64,000 nt of DNA from Escherichia coli (GTDB lineage: Bacteria > Pseudomonadota > Gammaproteobacteria > Enterobacterales > Enterobacteriaceae): assembly GCF_003334255.1 (NCBI RefSeq), contig NZ_QOWU01000001.1; one strand, 5' to 3'. The notes under the pieces are model-generated. The model did not search any database and was not told the origin of the DNA. It saw only the letters and a program-made list of their open reading frames with translations. Shown here piece by piece: positions 1 to 10,311 of the stretch (within the stretch, counting starts at the first letter, position 1; each line of letters begins with the position of its first letter). The position numbers were made by a program, and so were the translations under genes.

Positions 1-170
1 AGCTACCGTTTCCAGTAGTTATCCCCCTCCATCAGGCAGTTTCCCAGACATTACTCACCCGTCCGCCACTCGTCAGCAAAGAAGCAAGCTTCTTCCTGTT
101 ACCGTTCGACTTGCATGTGTTAGGCCTGCCGCCAGCGTTCAATCTGAGCCATGATCAAACTCTTCAATTT
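1..170 (-). rRNA. rrsH: 16S ribosomal RNA, 5' end only (gene continues beyond window start)
   Basis: Reverse complement of 1-170 reads AAATTGAAGAGTTTGATCATGGCTCAGATTGAACGCTGGCGGCAGGCCTAACACATGCAAGTCGAACGG..., the canonical enterobacterial 16S 5' end. The rrsH copy is inferred from the flanking gmhB and metNIQ genes. Confidence 0.93.
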
Positions 171-294
171 AAAAGTTTGATGCTCAAAGAATTAAACTTC
201 GTAATGAATTACGTGTTCACTCTTGAGACTTGGTATTCATTTTTCGTCTTGCGACGTTAAGAATCCGTATCTTCGAGTGCCCACACAGATTGTC

Positions 295-314
295 TGATAA
301 ATTGTTAAAGAGCA
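295..314 (-). promoter_or_regulatory. rrn leader boxA antitermination element
   Basis: Minus strand reads TGCTCTTTAACAATTTATCA, the rrn boxA motif, inside the 16S leader. Confidence 0.8.
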
Positions 315-354
315 GTTGCGACGCGGCTTTCAGCTCACTGTCGCGAGGTGGCGT

Positions 355-382
355 ATATTACGCTTTCCTCTTTCAGAGTCAA
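355..382 (-). promoter_or_regulatory. rrnH P2 promoter (-35 TTGACT, 16-nt spacer, -10 TAATAT)
   Basis: Minus strand reads TTGACTctgaaagaggaaagcgTAATATacgcc, a sigma-70 hexamer pair with a GC-rich discriminator typical of rrn P2. Confidence 0.75.
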
Positions 383-464
383 CCCTGAATTTCAGGATTT
401 TTCTCTTCAACCGAACCGGCTGTTTGTGTGAAGTGATTCACATCCGCCGTGTCGATGGAGGCGC

Positions 465-520
465 ATTATAGGGAGTCGGCTCAGGAAGACAAGCGGAAAA
501 ATGCATTTTTATTTCAACCG
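465..520 (-). promoter_or_regulatory. rrnH P1 promoter with A/T-rich UP element
   Basis: Minus strand reads gaaataaaaatgcatttttccgcTTGTCTtcctgagccgactcccTATAATgcgcc: -35 TTGTCT, 16-nt spacer, -10 TATAAT, GCGC discriminator, and an A/T-rich block upstream. Confidence 0.8.
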
Positions 521-532
521 CTCATCTTTTAA

Positions 533-1108
533 TCATTGTGCCGGTTTTTGCTGCTTTTTTATCGCTTGCGGCAGGTCTGCCAGGCTATTTAACACCCAAT
601 CCGCCGCGTTTTCTGCTTCAGGCGTAATAGGTTTACCCGTACGCACCAGCACTTTTGTTCCCACGTTCGCCGCAACCGCTGCCTGCATATCTTCTAATTT
701 ATCGCCCACCATATAAGAAGCGGCCATATCAATATGCAAATAATCGCGTGCTGACAAAAGCATCCCCGGATGTGGTTTGCGGCAATCGCAGACCTGGCGA
801 AACTCTTCAACACTACCCTGCGGATGATGCGGGCAATAATAGATACCATCCAGATCGACATCTCGGTCCGCCAGCGACCAGTCCATCCACTCGGTCAGCG
901 TTTCAAACTGTGCTTCGGTAAATTTACCGCGAGCAATGCCAGACTGGTTGGTTACTACCACCAGCGCAAAGCCCATTTTTTTTAGCTCGCGCATGGCGTC
1001 AATAACACCGTCGATAAATTCAAAGTTGTCGATCTCATGGACATAGCCGTGATCGACATTAATGGTGCCATCACGGTCAAGAAAAATTGCGGGTACGCTC
1101 TTCGCCAC
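533..1108 (-). CDS. gmhB: D,D-heptose 1,7-bisphosphate phosphatase (HAD family)
   Basis: 191-aa ORF. DRDGT HAD motif near the N-terminus ([12 protein letters not shown]). Protein recognised as GmhB. Confidence 0.93.
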
Positions 1109-1197
1109 CTTTTATAGCTCCTTAATAAGGCATGTGACGCTAGTATCGCATGTTTCGACCTGCAAGAAAGTGCTCTTCGCATAAACCTGATTGATTT

Positions 1198-1229
1198 AGA
1201 CGTCTGGATGCCTTAACATCCATTTCATT
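1198..1229 (+). promoter_or_regulatory. Tandem MetJ boxes in the metN promoter
   Basis: AGACGTCT followed by GGATGCCT, TAACATCC and ATTTCATT: one perfect and three degenerate 8-bp met boxes upstream of metN. Confidence 0.5.
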
Positions 1230-1295
1230 GACGGCGTTGCCCGTTTCAGGCATTCGAGATGCCACGACTAACTTAATGACGATAATAAATAATCA

Positions 1296-2327
1296 ATGAT
1301 AAAACTTTCGAATATCACCAAAGTGTTCCACCAGGGCACCCGCACCATCCAGGCGTTGAACAACGTCAGCCTGCATGTGCCAGCTGGACAAATTTATGGC
1401 GTTATCGGTGCCTCAGGCGCGGGTAAGAGTACGCTTATACGTTGTGTAAACCTGCTGGAGCGCCCAACCGAGGGTAGCGTGCTGGTCGATGGCCAGGAAC
1501 TGACCACGCTGTCAGAATCCGAGTTGACCAAAGCTCGCCGCCAGATTGGTATGATTTTCCAGCATTTTAACCTGCTCTCTTCGCGTACTGTTTTTGGCAA
1601 CGTGGCTCTGCCGCTGGAGCTGGACAACACACCGAAAGACGAGGTCAAACGTCGCGTGACGGAATTGCTGTCATTGGTTGGTCTTGGCGATAAGCATGAT
1701 AGCTACCCGTCGAATCTTTCCGGTGGGCAGAAACAACGTGTGGCAATTGCCCGTGCGTTAGCCAGCAATCCCAAAGTATTGCTGTGTGATGAAGCCACCA
1801 GCGCGCTGGACCCGGCAACGACACGTTCTATTCTCGAACTGCTGAAAGACATCAACCGCCGTCTGGGGTTGACGATTCTGTTGATCACCCACGAAATGGA
1901 CGTTGTGAAGCGCATTTGTGATTGCGTGGCGGTCATCAGCAATGGAGAACTGATCGAGCAGGACACGGTAAGTGAAGTGTTCTCGCATCCGAAAACGCCG
2001 CTGGCGCAGAAGTTTATTCAGTCGACCCTGCATCTGGATATCCCGGAAGATTACCAGGAACGTCTGCAAGCGGAGCCATTTACTGACTGCGTGCCGATGC
2101 TGCGTCTGGAGTTTACCGGTCAATCGGTCGATGCCCCACTGCTTTCTGAAACCGCGCGTCGTTTCAACGTCAACAACAACATTATTAGCGCGCAGATGGA
2201 TTACGCCGGTGGCGTTAAGTTCGGCATCATGCTGACTGAAATGCACGGCACACAACAAGATACGCAAGCCGCCATTGCCTGGCTGCAGGAACACCATGTA
2301 AAAGTAGAGGTACTGGGTTATGTCTGA
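1296..2327 (+). CDS. metN: Methionine ABC transporter, ATP-binding subunit
   Basis: 343-aa ORF with Walker [13 protein letters not shown] signature LSGGQKQRV and Walker [12 protein letters not shown]. Overlaps metI by 8 nt. Confidence 0.95.
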   Translation: MIKLSNITKVFHQGTRTIQALNNVSLHVPAGQIYGVIGASGAGKSTLIRCVNLLERPTEGSVLVDGQELTTLSESELTKARRQIGMIFQHFNLLSSRTVFGNVALPLELDNTPKDEVKRRVTELLSLVGLGDKHDSYPSNLSGGQKQRVAIARALASNPKVLLCDEATSALDPATTRSILELLKDINRRLGLTILLITHEMDVVKRICDCVAVISNGELIEQDTVSEVFSHPKTPLAQKFIQSTLHLDIPEDYQERLQAEPFTDCVPMLRLEFTGQSVDAPLLSETARRFNVNNNIISAQMDYAGGVKFGIMLTEMHGTQQDTQAAIAWLQEHHVKVEVLGYV

Positions 2328-2973
2328 GCCGATGATGTGGCTGCTGGTTCGTGGCGTATGGGAAACGCTGGCAATGACCTTCGTATCCGGTTTTTTTGGC
2401 TTTGTGATTGGTCTGCCGGTTGGCGTTCTGCTTTATGTCACGCGTCCGGGGCAAATTATTGCTAACGCGAAGCTGTATCGTACCGTTTCTGCGATTGTGA
2501 ACATTTTCCGTTCCATCCCGTTCATTATCTTGCTTGTATGGATGATTCCGTTTACCCGCGTTATTGTCGGTACATCGATTGGTTTGCAGGCAGCGATTGT
2601 TCCGTTAACCGTTGGTGCAGCACCGTTTATTGCCCGTATGGTCGAGAACGCTCTGCTGGAGATCCCAACCGGGTTAATTGAAGCTTCCCGCGCAATGGGT
2701 GCCACGCCGATGCAGATCGTCCGTAAGGTGCTGTTACCGGAAGCGCTGCCGGGTCTGGTGAATGCGGCAACTATCACCCTGATTACCCTGGTCGGTTATT
2801 CCGCGATGGGTGGTGCAGTCGGTGCCGGTGGTTTAGGTCAGATTGGCTATCAGTATGGCTACATCGGCTATAACGCGACGGTGATGAATACGGTACTGGT
2901 ATTGCTGGTCATTCTGGTTTATTTAATTCAGTTCGCAGGCGACCGCATCGTCCGGGCTGTCACTCGCAAGTAA
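2320..2973 (+). CDS. metI: Methionine ABC transporter permease
   Basis: 217-aa hydrophobic ORF immediately downstream of and overlapping metN. Confidence 0.95.
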   Translation: MSEPMMWLLVRGVWETLAMTFVSGFFGFVIGLPVGVLLYVTRPGQIIANAKLYRTVSAIVNIFRSIPFIILLVWMIPFTRVIVGTSIGLQAAIVPLTVGAAPFIARMVENALLEIPTGLIEASRAMGATPMQIVRKVLLPEALPGLVNAATITLITLVGYSAMGGAVGAGGLGQIGYQYGYIGYNATVMNTVLVLLVILVYLIQFAGDRIVRAVTRK

Positions 2974-3012
2974 CGTTCAACACAACATAAATAATTGAAG
3001 AAGGAATAAGGT

Positions 3013-3828
3013 ATGGCGTTCAAATTCAAAACCTTTGCGGCAGTGGGAGCCCTGATCGGATCACTGGCACTGGTAGGCTGCGGTCAGGATGAAAAAGATC
3101 CAAACCACATTAAAGTCGGCGTGATTGTTGGTGCCGAACAGCAGGTTGCAGAAGTCGCGCAGAAAGTTGCGAAAGACAAATATGGCCTGGACGTTGAGCT
3201 GGTAACCTTCAACGACTATGTTCTGCCAAACGAAGCATTGAGCAAAGGCGATATCGACGCCAACGCCTTCCAGCATAAACCGTACCTTGATCAGCAACTG
3301 AAAGATCGTGGCTACAAACTGGTCGCAGTAGGCAACACTTTTGTTTATCCGATTGCTGGTTACTCCAAGAAAATCAAATCACTGGATGAACTGCAGGATG
3401 GTTCGCAGGTTGCCGTGCCAAACGACCCAACTAACCTTGGTCGTTCACTGCTGCTGCTGCAAAAAGTGGGCTTGATCAAACTGAAAGATGGCGTTGGCCT
3501 GCTGCCGACCGTTCTTGATGTTGTTGAGAACCCCAAAAATCTGAAAATTGTTGAACTGGAAGCACCGCAACTGCCGCGTTCTCTGGACGACGCGCAAATC
3601 GCTCTGGCAGTTATCAATACCACCTATGCCAGCCAGATTGGCCTGACTCCGGCGAAAGACGGTATCTTTGTTGAAGATAAAGAGTCCCCGTACGTAAACC
3701 TGATCGTGACGCGTGAAGATAACAAAGACGCCGAGAACGTGAAGAAATTCGTCCAGGCTTATCAGTCTGACGAAGTTTACGAAGCAGCAAACAAAGTGTT
3801 TAACGGCGGAGCTGTTAAAGGCTGGTAA
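3013..3828 (+). CDS. metQ: Methionine-binding lipoprotein
   Basis: 271-aa ORF with a lipoprotein signal (LALVGC). Third gene of the metNIQ operon. Confidence 0.95.
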   Translation: MAFKFKTFAAVGALIGSLALVGCGQDEKDPNHIKVGVIVGAEQQVAEVAQKVAKDKYGLDVELVTFNDYVLPNEALSKGDIDANAFQHKPYLDQQLKDRGYKLVAVGNTFVYPIAGYSKKIKSLDELQDGSQVAVPNDPTNLGRSLLLLQKVGLIKLKDGVGLLPTVLDVVENPKNLKIVELEAPQLPRSLDDAQIALAVINTTYASQIGLTPAKDGIFVEDKESPYVNLIVTREDNKDAENVKKFVQAYQSDEVYEAANKVFNGGAVKGW

Positions 3829-3865
3829 TTTTTAGGCTGTTTCCACAATTTGTAATATCATTCAG

Positions 3866-3895
3866 GACGGGCGCTTGCCCGTCTTGTCATTTTTA
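3866..3895 (+). terminator. Intrinsic terminator after metQ
   Basis: GACGGGCgcttGCCCGTC hairpin followed by a T-rich tract (ttgtcattttt). Confidence 0.6.
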
Positions 3896-3945
3896 CAAGC
3901 TCCTGATTCAATATTGACGTTTTGATCATACATTGAGGAAATACT

Positions 3946-4350
3946 ATGCGTGCTTTACCGATCTGTTTAGTAGCACTCATGCTAAGCGGCTGTTCCATGT
4001 TAAGCAGATCCCCTGTCGAACCCGTTCAAAGCACTGCACCCCAGCCGAAAGCGGAGCCTGCAAAACCGAAAGCGCCGCGCGCCACGCCGGTCCGAATTTA
4101 TACCAATGCAGAAGAATTAGTCGGCAAACCGTTCCGCGATCTCGGTGAAGTCAGTGGCGACTCTTGCCAGGCCTCTAATCAGGACTCTCCGCCGAGCATT
4201 CCAACCGCACGTAAGCGGATGCAAATCAACGCCTCTAAAATGAAAGCCAATGCTGTATTACTGCATAGCTGCGAAGTCACCAGCGGTACGCCAGGCTGCT
4301 ATCGTCAGGCTGTATGTATCGGTTCTGCGCTTAACATTACGGCGAAATGA
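3946..4350 (+). CDS. rcsF: Outer-membrane lipoprotein sensor of the Rcs phosphorelay
   Basis: 134-aa ORF with lipobox LMLSGCS and a Pro/Lys-rich linker. Recognised as RcsF. Confidence 0.93.
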   Translation: MRALPICLVALMLSGCSMLSRSPVEPVQSTAPQPKAEPAKPKAPRATPVRIYTNAEELVGKPFRDLGEVSGDSCQASNQDSPPSIPTARKRMQINASKMKANAVLLHSCEVTSGTPGCYRQAVCIGSALNITAK

Positions 4351-5054
4351 GCAGTTTCCAGTTCGAGCAAATAGGCGTTATTCGCTCGCCCTATAAAGAA
4401 AAGTTCGCCGTTCCGCGCCAGCCAGGTCTGGTAAAAAGCGCCAACGGCGAACTGCATCTCATTGCTCCCTACAACCAGGCCGACGCCGTTCGCGGCCTGG
4501 AAGCGTTCAGCCATTTATGGATCCTTTTCGTCTTTCATCAAACGATGGAAGGCGGCTGGCGTCCGACTGTGCGTCCACCGCGCCTCGGCGGTAACGCCAG
4601 AATGGGGGTTTTCGCAACACGCTCTACTTTCCGCCCTAACCCAATTGGCATGTCGCTGGTAGAGCTGAAAGAGGTTGTTTGCCATAAAGACAGCGTGATT
4701 CTGAAGCTCGGCAGTCTGGATCTGGTCGATGGTACGCCGGTAGTGGATATCAAACCGTATCTCCCCTTTGCCGAATCGCTTCCCGATGCCAGTGCCAGCT
4801 ATGCGCAAAGTGCGCCAGCTGCAGAGATGGCGGTGAGTTTTACCGCAGAGGTCGAAAAGCAGCTTTTGACGCTGGAGAAGCGTTATCCGCAGTTAACGCT
4901 GTTTATCCGCGAAGTACTGGCGCAGGACCCGCGCCCGGCCTATCGTAAAGGTGAGGAAACGGGCAAAACCTATGCCGTCTGGCTACATGATTTTAACGTT
5001 CGCTGGCGCGTCACCGACGCAGGTTTTGAAGTCTTTGCGCTGGAACCGCGTTAA
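4347..5054 (+). CDS. tsaA: tRNA (adenine37-N6)-methyltransferase TsaA/YaeB
   Basis: 235-aa ORF. Start overlaps the rcsF stop (ATGA). Confidence 0.9.
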   Translation: MSSFQFEQIGVIRSPYKEKFAVPRQPGLVKSANGELHLIAPYNQADAVRGLEAFSHLWILFVFHQTMEGGWRPTVRPPRLGGNARMGVFATRSTFRPNPIGMSLVELKEVVCHKDSVILKLGSLDLVDGTPVVDIKPYLPFAESLPDASASYAQSAPAAEMAVSFTAEVEKQLLTLEKRYPQLTLFIREVLAQDPRPAYRKGEETGKTYAVWLHDFNVRWRVTDAGFEVFALEPR

Positions 5055-5165
5055 ATTCACGCCCTTCTCTTTTGACATTTCTTTTGCACTGGTAAACTAA
5101 ATCACTTTTTTTTGTCCCAGGCTCGCCTTGAGCCTGTTCTACCTTCCAACTGGAACCGTAACAAC

Positions 5166-6884
5166 ATGCGTACTAGCCAATACCTGCTCTCCACTCTCAA
5201 GGAGACACCTGCCGACGCCGAGGTGATCAGCCATCAGCTGATGCTGCGCGCCGGGATGATCCGCAAGCTGGCCTCCGGGTTATATACCTGGCTGCCGACC
5301 GGCGTGCGCGTTCTGAAAAAAGTCGAAAACATCGTGCGTGAAGAGATGAACAACTCCGGTGCGATCGAGGTGTCGATGCCGGTGGTTCAGCCAGCCGATT
5401 TGTGGCAAGAGAGTGGTCGTTGGGAACAGTACGGTCCGGAACTGCTGCGTTTTGTTGACCGTGGCGAGCGTCCGTTCGTACTCGGCCCAACTCATGAAGA
5501 AGTTATCACTGACCTGATTCGTAACGAGCTTAGCTCTTACAAACAGCTGCCGCTGAACTTCTATCAGATCCAGACCAAGTTCCGCGACGAAGTGCGTCCG
5601 CGTTTCGGCGTCATGCGTTCCCGCGAATTCCTGATGAAAGATGCTTACTCTTTCCATACTTCTCAGGAATCCCTGCAGGAAACCTACGATGCAATGTATG
5701 CGGCCTACAGCAAAATCTTCAGCCGCATGGGGCTGGATTTCCGCGCCGTACAAGCCGACACCGGTTCTATCGGCGGCAGCGCCTCTCACGAATTCCAGGT
5801 GCTGGCGCAGAGCGGTGAAGACGATGTGGTCTTCTCCGACACCTCTGACTATGCAGCGAACATTGAACTGGCAGAAGCTATCGCGCCGAAAGAACCGCGC
5901 GCTGCTGCTACCCAGGAAATGACGCTGGTTGATACGCCGAACGCGAAAACCATCGCGGAACTGGTTGAACAGTTCAATCTGCCGATTGAGAAAACGGTTA
6001 AGACTCTGCTGGTTAAAGCGGTTGAAGGCAGCAGCTTCCCGCTGGTTGCGCTGCTGGTGCGCGGTGATCACGAGCTGAACGAAGTTAAAGCAGAAAAACT
6101 GCCGCAGGTTGCAAGCCCGCTGACTTTCGCGACCGAAGAAGAAATTCGTGCCGTGGTTAAAGCCGGTCCGGGTTCACTGGGTCCGGTAAACATGCCGATT
6201 CCGGTGGTGATTGACCGTACCGTTGCGGCGATGAGTGATTTCGCTGCTGGTGCTAACATCGATGGTAAACACTACTTCGGCATCAACTGGGATCGCGATG
6301 TCGCTACCCCGGAAGTTGCAGATATCCGTAACGTGGTGGCTGGCGATCCAAGCCCGGATGGCCAGGGTACGCTGCTGATCAAACGTGGTATCGAAGTTGG
6401 TCACATCTTCCAGCTGGGTACCAAGTACTCCGAAGCACTGAAAGCCTCCGTACAGGGTGAAGATGGCCGTAACCAAATCCTGACGATGGGTTGCTACGGT
6501 ATCGGGGTAACGCGTGTGGTAGCTGCGGCGATTGAGCAGAACTACGACGAACGAGGCATCGTATGGCCTGACGCTATCGCGCCGTTCCAGGTGGCGATTC
6601 TGCCGATGAACATGCACAAATCCTTCCGCGTACAAGAGCTTGCTGAGAAACTGTACAGCGAACTGCGTGCACAAGGTATCGAAGTGCTGCTGGATGACCG
6701 CAAAGAGCGTCCGGGCGTGATGTTTGCTGATATGGAACTGATCGGTATTCCGCACACTATTGTGCTGGGCGACCGTAACCTCGACAACGACGATATCGAA
6801 TATAAATATCGTCGCAACGGCGAGAAACAGTTAATTAAGACTGGTGACATCGTCGAATATCTGGTGAAACAGATTAAAGGCTGA
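5166..6884 (+). CDS. proS: Prolyl-tRNA synthetase
   Basis: 572-aa product starting [13 protein letters not shown]. The track ORF begins 18 codons earlier in frame at an alternative start. Confidence 0.95.
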   Translation: MRTSQYLLSTLKETPADAEVISHQLMLRAGMIRKLASGLYTWLPTGVRVLKKVENIVREEMNNSGAIEVSMPVVQPADLWQESGRWEQYGPELLRFVDRGERPFVLGPTHEEVITDLIRNELSSYKQLPLNFYQIQTKFRDEVRPRFGVMRSREFLMKDAYSFHTSQESLQETYDAMYAAYSKIFSRMGLDFRAVQADTGSIGGSASHEFQVLAQSGEDDVVFSDTSDYAANIELAEAIAPKEPRAAATQEMTLVDTPNAKTIAELVEQFNLPIEKTVKTLLVKAVEGSSFPLVALLVRGDHELNEVKAEKLPQVASPLTFATEEEIRAVVKAGPGSLGPVNMPIPVVIDRTVAAMSDFAAGANIDGKHYFGINWDRDVATPEVADIRNVVAGDPSPDGQGTLLIKRGIEVGHIFQLGTKYSEALKASVQGEDGRNQILTMGCYGIGVTRVVAAAIEQNYDERGIVWPDAIAPFQVAILPMNMHKSFRVQELAEKLYSELRAQGIEVLLDDRKERPGVMFADMELIGIPHTIVLGDRNLDNDDIEYKYRRNGEKQLIKTGDIVEYLVKQIKG

Positions 6885-6890
6885 TGCCAG

Positions 6891-6921
6891 AAAGGGTCCT
6901 GAATTTCAGGGCCCTTTTTTT
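6891..6921 (+). terminator. Intrinsic terminator after proS
   Basis: AGGGTCCTGAatttCAGGGCCCT hairpin followed by seven T residues. Confidence 0.75.
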
Positions 6922-6937
6922 ACATGGATTGTATAAA

Positions 6938-7762
6938 ATGGATAAACCAAAGGCGTACTGCCGCCTGTTTCTCCCCAGCTTTCTTTTACTTTCGGCTTGT
7001 ACCGTTGATATCAGCCAGCCAGACCCATCAGCCACAGCAGTAGATGCCGAGGCAAAAACATGGGCTGTCAAATTCCAGCATCAAAGCTCTTTCACCGAAC
7101 AATCAATAAAAGAAATAACGGCACCTGATCTCAAACCCGGCGATTTGCTGTTCTCCTCAAGCCTTGGGGTAACCTCATTTGGAATCCGCGTCTTCAGCAC
7201 TTCCTCTGTGAGTCACGTTGCAATCTTTCTGGGTGATAATAACGTTGCAGAAGCGACAGGCGCTGGCGTCCAGATCGTTTCCCTTAAAAAAGCGATGAAG
7301 CATAGTGATAAGCTTTTCGTCTTACGAGTCCCGGATCTTACCCCGCAACAAGCCACAGATATCACCGCGTTTGCCAATAAAATCAAAGATAGCGGTTATA
7401 ACTATCGCGGCATTGTCGAATTTATTCCCTTTATGGTGACTCGCCAGATGTGCTCACTGAATCCGTTCTCCGAGGATTTTCGCCAACAGTGCGTCAGCGG
7501 CCTGGCGAAAGCGCAGTTAAGCAGTGTGGGCGAAGGAGACAAAAAGTCGTGGTTTTGTTCGGAATTTGTCACGGATGCCTTTGCCAAAGCCGGGCATCCA
7601 CTTACACTGGCGCAATCGGGCTGGATTAGCCCTGCCGATCTGATGCATATGCGTATTGGTGATGTCTCTGCGTTTAAGCCAGAAACGCAGTTACAGTATG
7701 TTGGGCACCTGAAGCCTGGGATTTATATCAAGGCGGGTCGCTTTGTTGGTTTGACCCGGTGA
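6938..7762 (+). CDS. yaeF: Putative NlpC/P60-type lipoprotein
   Basis: 274-aa product starting MDKPKAYCRLF with lipobox LLSAC. The track ORF extends 18 codons upstream. Confidence 0.85.
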   Translation: MDKPKAYCRLFLPSFLLLSACTVDISQPDPSATAVDAEAKTWAVKFQHQSSFTEQSIKEITAPDLKPGDLLFSSSLGVTSFGIRVFSTSSVSHVAIFLGDNNVAEATGAGVQIVSLKKAMKHSDKLFVLRVPDLTPQQATDITAFANKIKDSGYNYRGIVEFIPFMVTRQMCSLNPFSEDFRQQCVSGLAKAQLSSVGEGDKKSWFCSEFVTDAFAKAGHPLTLAQSGWISPADLMHMRIGDVSAFKPETQLQYVGHLKPGIYIKAGRFVGLTR

Positions 7763-7770
7763 TAAAGTAA

Positions 7771-7886
<116 letters not shown>

Positions 7887-7961
7887 AAAAAACGTGCAAA
7901 TTCAAAATGTTGAAATATATCCTTCTGGCCTGTTTTGCGTTTGTTTCTGTCTCAAGACGGG

Positions 7962-8672
7962 TTACTGCCCCAAACTACTGCAATCCTGGTTGGGGTAAAA
8001 TTTCCCTGCCGTATCGGGTGCCAATACTTTAGTCGGCGCACCGGTATCCGGATTACCCTCAAGCGTAAAGTGACCTTCTACTGACAGTAACACCGGTTTT
8101 TCACTGTGACCGCGCGCAGCCAGGTAGCTACGCTCCAGCTCTGCGTTATTCGCTACCATGAAACGTTTTCCGGTCGCGCAATCAGTGAAGGTCGCCGCAT
8201 CAGCCATATAAAAATACATGCCCCGCAGGGTCATCGGCGTCATAGGTAAACTGGATTGTGCCGCTTCCAGCGTATAGTTGAACTGCGATTCAATCGGATT
8301 GCCTTCACGATCGAGCATCTCCAGCGCATCGCCTTTCGCCCGATAATATGACTTTTCACCTTTGCTGTCGGTTAATACCAGCTTGTCAGCGGTTCGCGCC
8401 CATGTACCGTAGGAAGCGAAGGAGGAAGGTTCTTCACGAGCACCGAGATAACGCTCATTCATCACCCATGTTCCGTCTTTTTCGAGGAACAGAGAGGTTT
8501 CGATTCCTTCGCAATCGGCACACGGCAGCACGCCGCGCCAACTTTGCGGCATCGGTTTCAGTTCGGCAGCCTGCGCCGGAGAAAGCGTATCGACTTCGGC
8601 CCGATTATTACATCCCATCAGAGTAAAGAGGCTGATTACAGCCATCGCTGTCACTATCGCTTTTTTCACCAT
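7962..8672 (-). CDS. nlpE: Outer-membrane lipoprotein NlpE (Cpx pathway activator)
   Basis: 236-aa ORF with lipobox LMGC and a CxxC motif. Recognised as NlpE/CutF. Confidence 0.93.
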   Translation of the reverse strand: MVKKAIVTAMAVISLFTLMGCNNRAEVDTLSPAQAAELKPMPQSWRGVLPCADCEGIETSLFLEKDGTWVMNERYLGAREEPSSFASYGTWARTADKLVLTDSKGEKSYYRAKGDALEMLDREGNPIESQFNYTLEAAQSSLPMTPMTLRGMYFYMADAATFTDCATGKRFMVANNAELERSYLAARGHSEKPVLLSVEGHFTLEGNPDTGAPTKVLAPDTAGKFYPNQDCSSLGQ

Positions 8673-8685
8673 CCATTCCTTCTTT

Positions 8686-9108
8686 TTATTCCCGACCGCT
8701 GCGCACTTTGCCGCGCATCGCCTTCACGCTTGATTTTTGTGCTTTCGATGCCAGCCTGCGCTCTTTCGATGCACGGGTGGGCCGCGTGGGTCGTCGGGCT
8801 TTTTTTTCTGTTGTTAATTCTTTAATCATAGCCACCAGCCGGGCCAGAGCTGCTTCGCGGTTCAGTTCCTGACTGCGGTATTCCTGTGCCTTAATGACAA
8901 TCACGCCATCACTGCTGATCAAATGATGGCTGGCGGCGAGCAGACGCTCTTTGTAATACTCTGGCAGGCTGGACGCCCGAATGTCAAAACGCAGATGAAT
9001 AGCCGTTGAGGTCTTATTAACATGCTGCCCGCCCGCGCCCTGCGCACGAATGGCGGTGATCTCAAGCTCACCATCGGGAATAGCAACATGTCGGGAAATC
9101 ACAATCAT
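8686..9108 (-). CDS. arfB: Peptidyl-tRNA hydrolase ArfB (alternative ribosome rescue factor B)
   Basis: 140-aa ORF with GGQ motif ([10 protein letters not shown]) and a basic C-terminal tail. Confidence 0.93.
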
Positions 9109-9650
9109 GAAGGTTGTTGCCAGGCGGTTAAGTTCACTTCCAGATTATTCTTATCATCCGATAACCAGATCACGCCATCCTGAATCGTTGCCTGCAGCGT
9201 CATGGTACGATCGGCAAAGGCGCTTACTTTCGCCAGTTGTTCATCGTCCAGATACCAGACGGAAAGATTGGCAAACTGCACACATTTGCTCTGATTTTGC
9301 TGCCACCAGATTTGCGCCGCCCGACTATTATAGGTAAACAGCGCCACTTCTGCGGCCTGGGTGCAGGCTTTCTTAATCCGCCGCTCATCCGGCAGCCCCA
9401 GCTCAATCCACAAATCAATGCCCAGGTGATCGTTACGCAGCCACGCTTCCGGCTCATCATCGGCACACAAACCACGGGTAAATTGCAGACGTTCATCAGC
9501 ATATTTCAGCCACGCCAGCAAGCGCAGCATCATACGCTCCTGGGTTTCTGAAGGATGGCGCGCCAGCGTCAGAGAGGCATCGAGAAACTGGTTGCGGTCG
9601 AGATCGGCCACATTAACCGTCGCTTTATAAATTGTCGCTTTAAGCGCCAT
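9105..9650 (-). CDS. yaeQ: YaeQ family protein
   Basis: 181-aa ORF. Stop overlaps the arfB start by 4 nt. Confidence 0.9.
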
Positions 9651-9815
9651 AAGAAAACTCCTTTCGAATCAGGAGGCCATTGTAACGGAATACGTGCAGT
9701 TGCGGCGCTGATATTGCAGAAATGAGTGTGGTATAGTCACCTTGCGAAACAGAGTTTATCTTCGTAGGCTTAGACTTGCATCCACGGTTAAGTCAGAGTG
9801 CTGACAGGAGGGCAT

Positions 9816-10016
9816 GTGGAAAAATATTGTGAGTTAATACGCAAGCGGTACGCGGAAATCGCCAGCGGAGACTTAGGATACGTTCCGGACGCGCTGGGCT
9901 GCGTTTTGAAAGTGCTGAATGAAATGGCTGCCGACGACGCCCTTTCTGAGGCTGTCAGGGAAAAAGCAGCATACGCTGCGGCAAACTTACTGGTGAGCGA
10001 TTATGTCAATGAATGA
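9816..10016 (+). CDS. yaeP: Small protein YaeP (UPF0253)
   Basis: 66-aa product from a GTG start ([12 protein letters not shown]...) with a GGAGGG Shine-Dalgarno sequence just upstream. The track ORF starts 6 codons earlier. Confidence 0.8.
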
Positions 10017-10263
10017 TACGTATCAACCAATCAATTGTGATGATTACGATAATCTTGAGCTCGCCTGCCAGCATCATTTAATGCTGACACTTGAGCTGAA
10101 AGATGGCGAAAAATTGCAGGCAAAAGCCAGTGATTTAGTCTCCCGCAAAAATGTGGAGTACCTGGTCGTCGAGGCCGCTGGCGAAACCCGCGAGCTGCGT
10201 CTGGATAAAATTACCAGCTTTAGCCACCCGGAAATCGGTACGGTGGTGGTAAGCGAATCCTGA
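10009..10263 (+). CDS. rof: Rho-binding antiterminator Rof
   Basis: 84-aa product [20 protein letters not shown].... Overlaps the yaeP 3' end by 8 nt. Confidence 0.9.
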
Positions 10264-10272
10264 TTGACTTTC

Positions 10273-10305
10273 GCCGGATGCGACGTTTGATGCGTCTTAT
10301 CCGGC
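10273..10305. repeat. Single REP unit between convergent rof and tilS
   Basis: GCCGGATGCGACGtttgatgCGTCTTATCCGGC, REP-type imperfect palindrome. Confidence 0.7.
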
Positions 10306-10311
10306 TTTCAC

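Noticed and set aside
501-1182. Short ORFs 501..716, 655..921, 770..985 and 982..1182 around gmhB and the rrnH promoter region
   Set aside because: They overlap gmhB in other frames or lie in the rRNA promoter and UP-element region. Low-complexity translations and no support.
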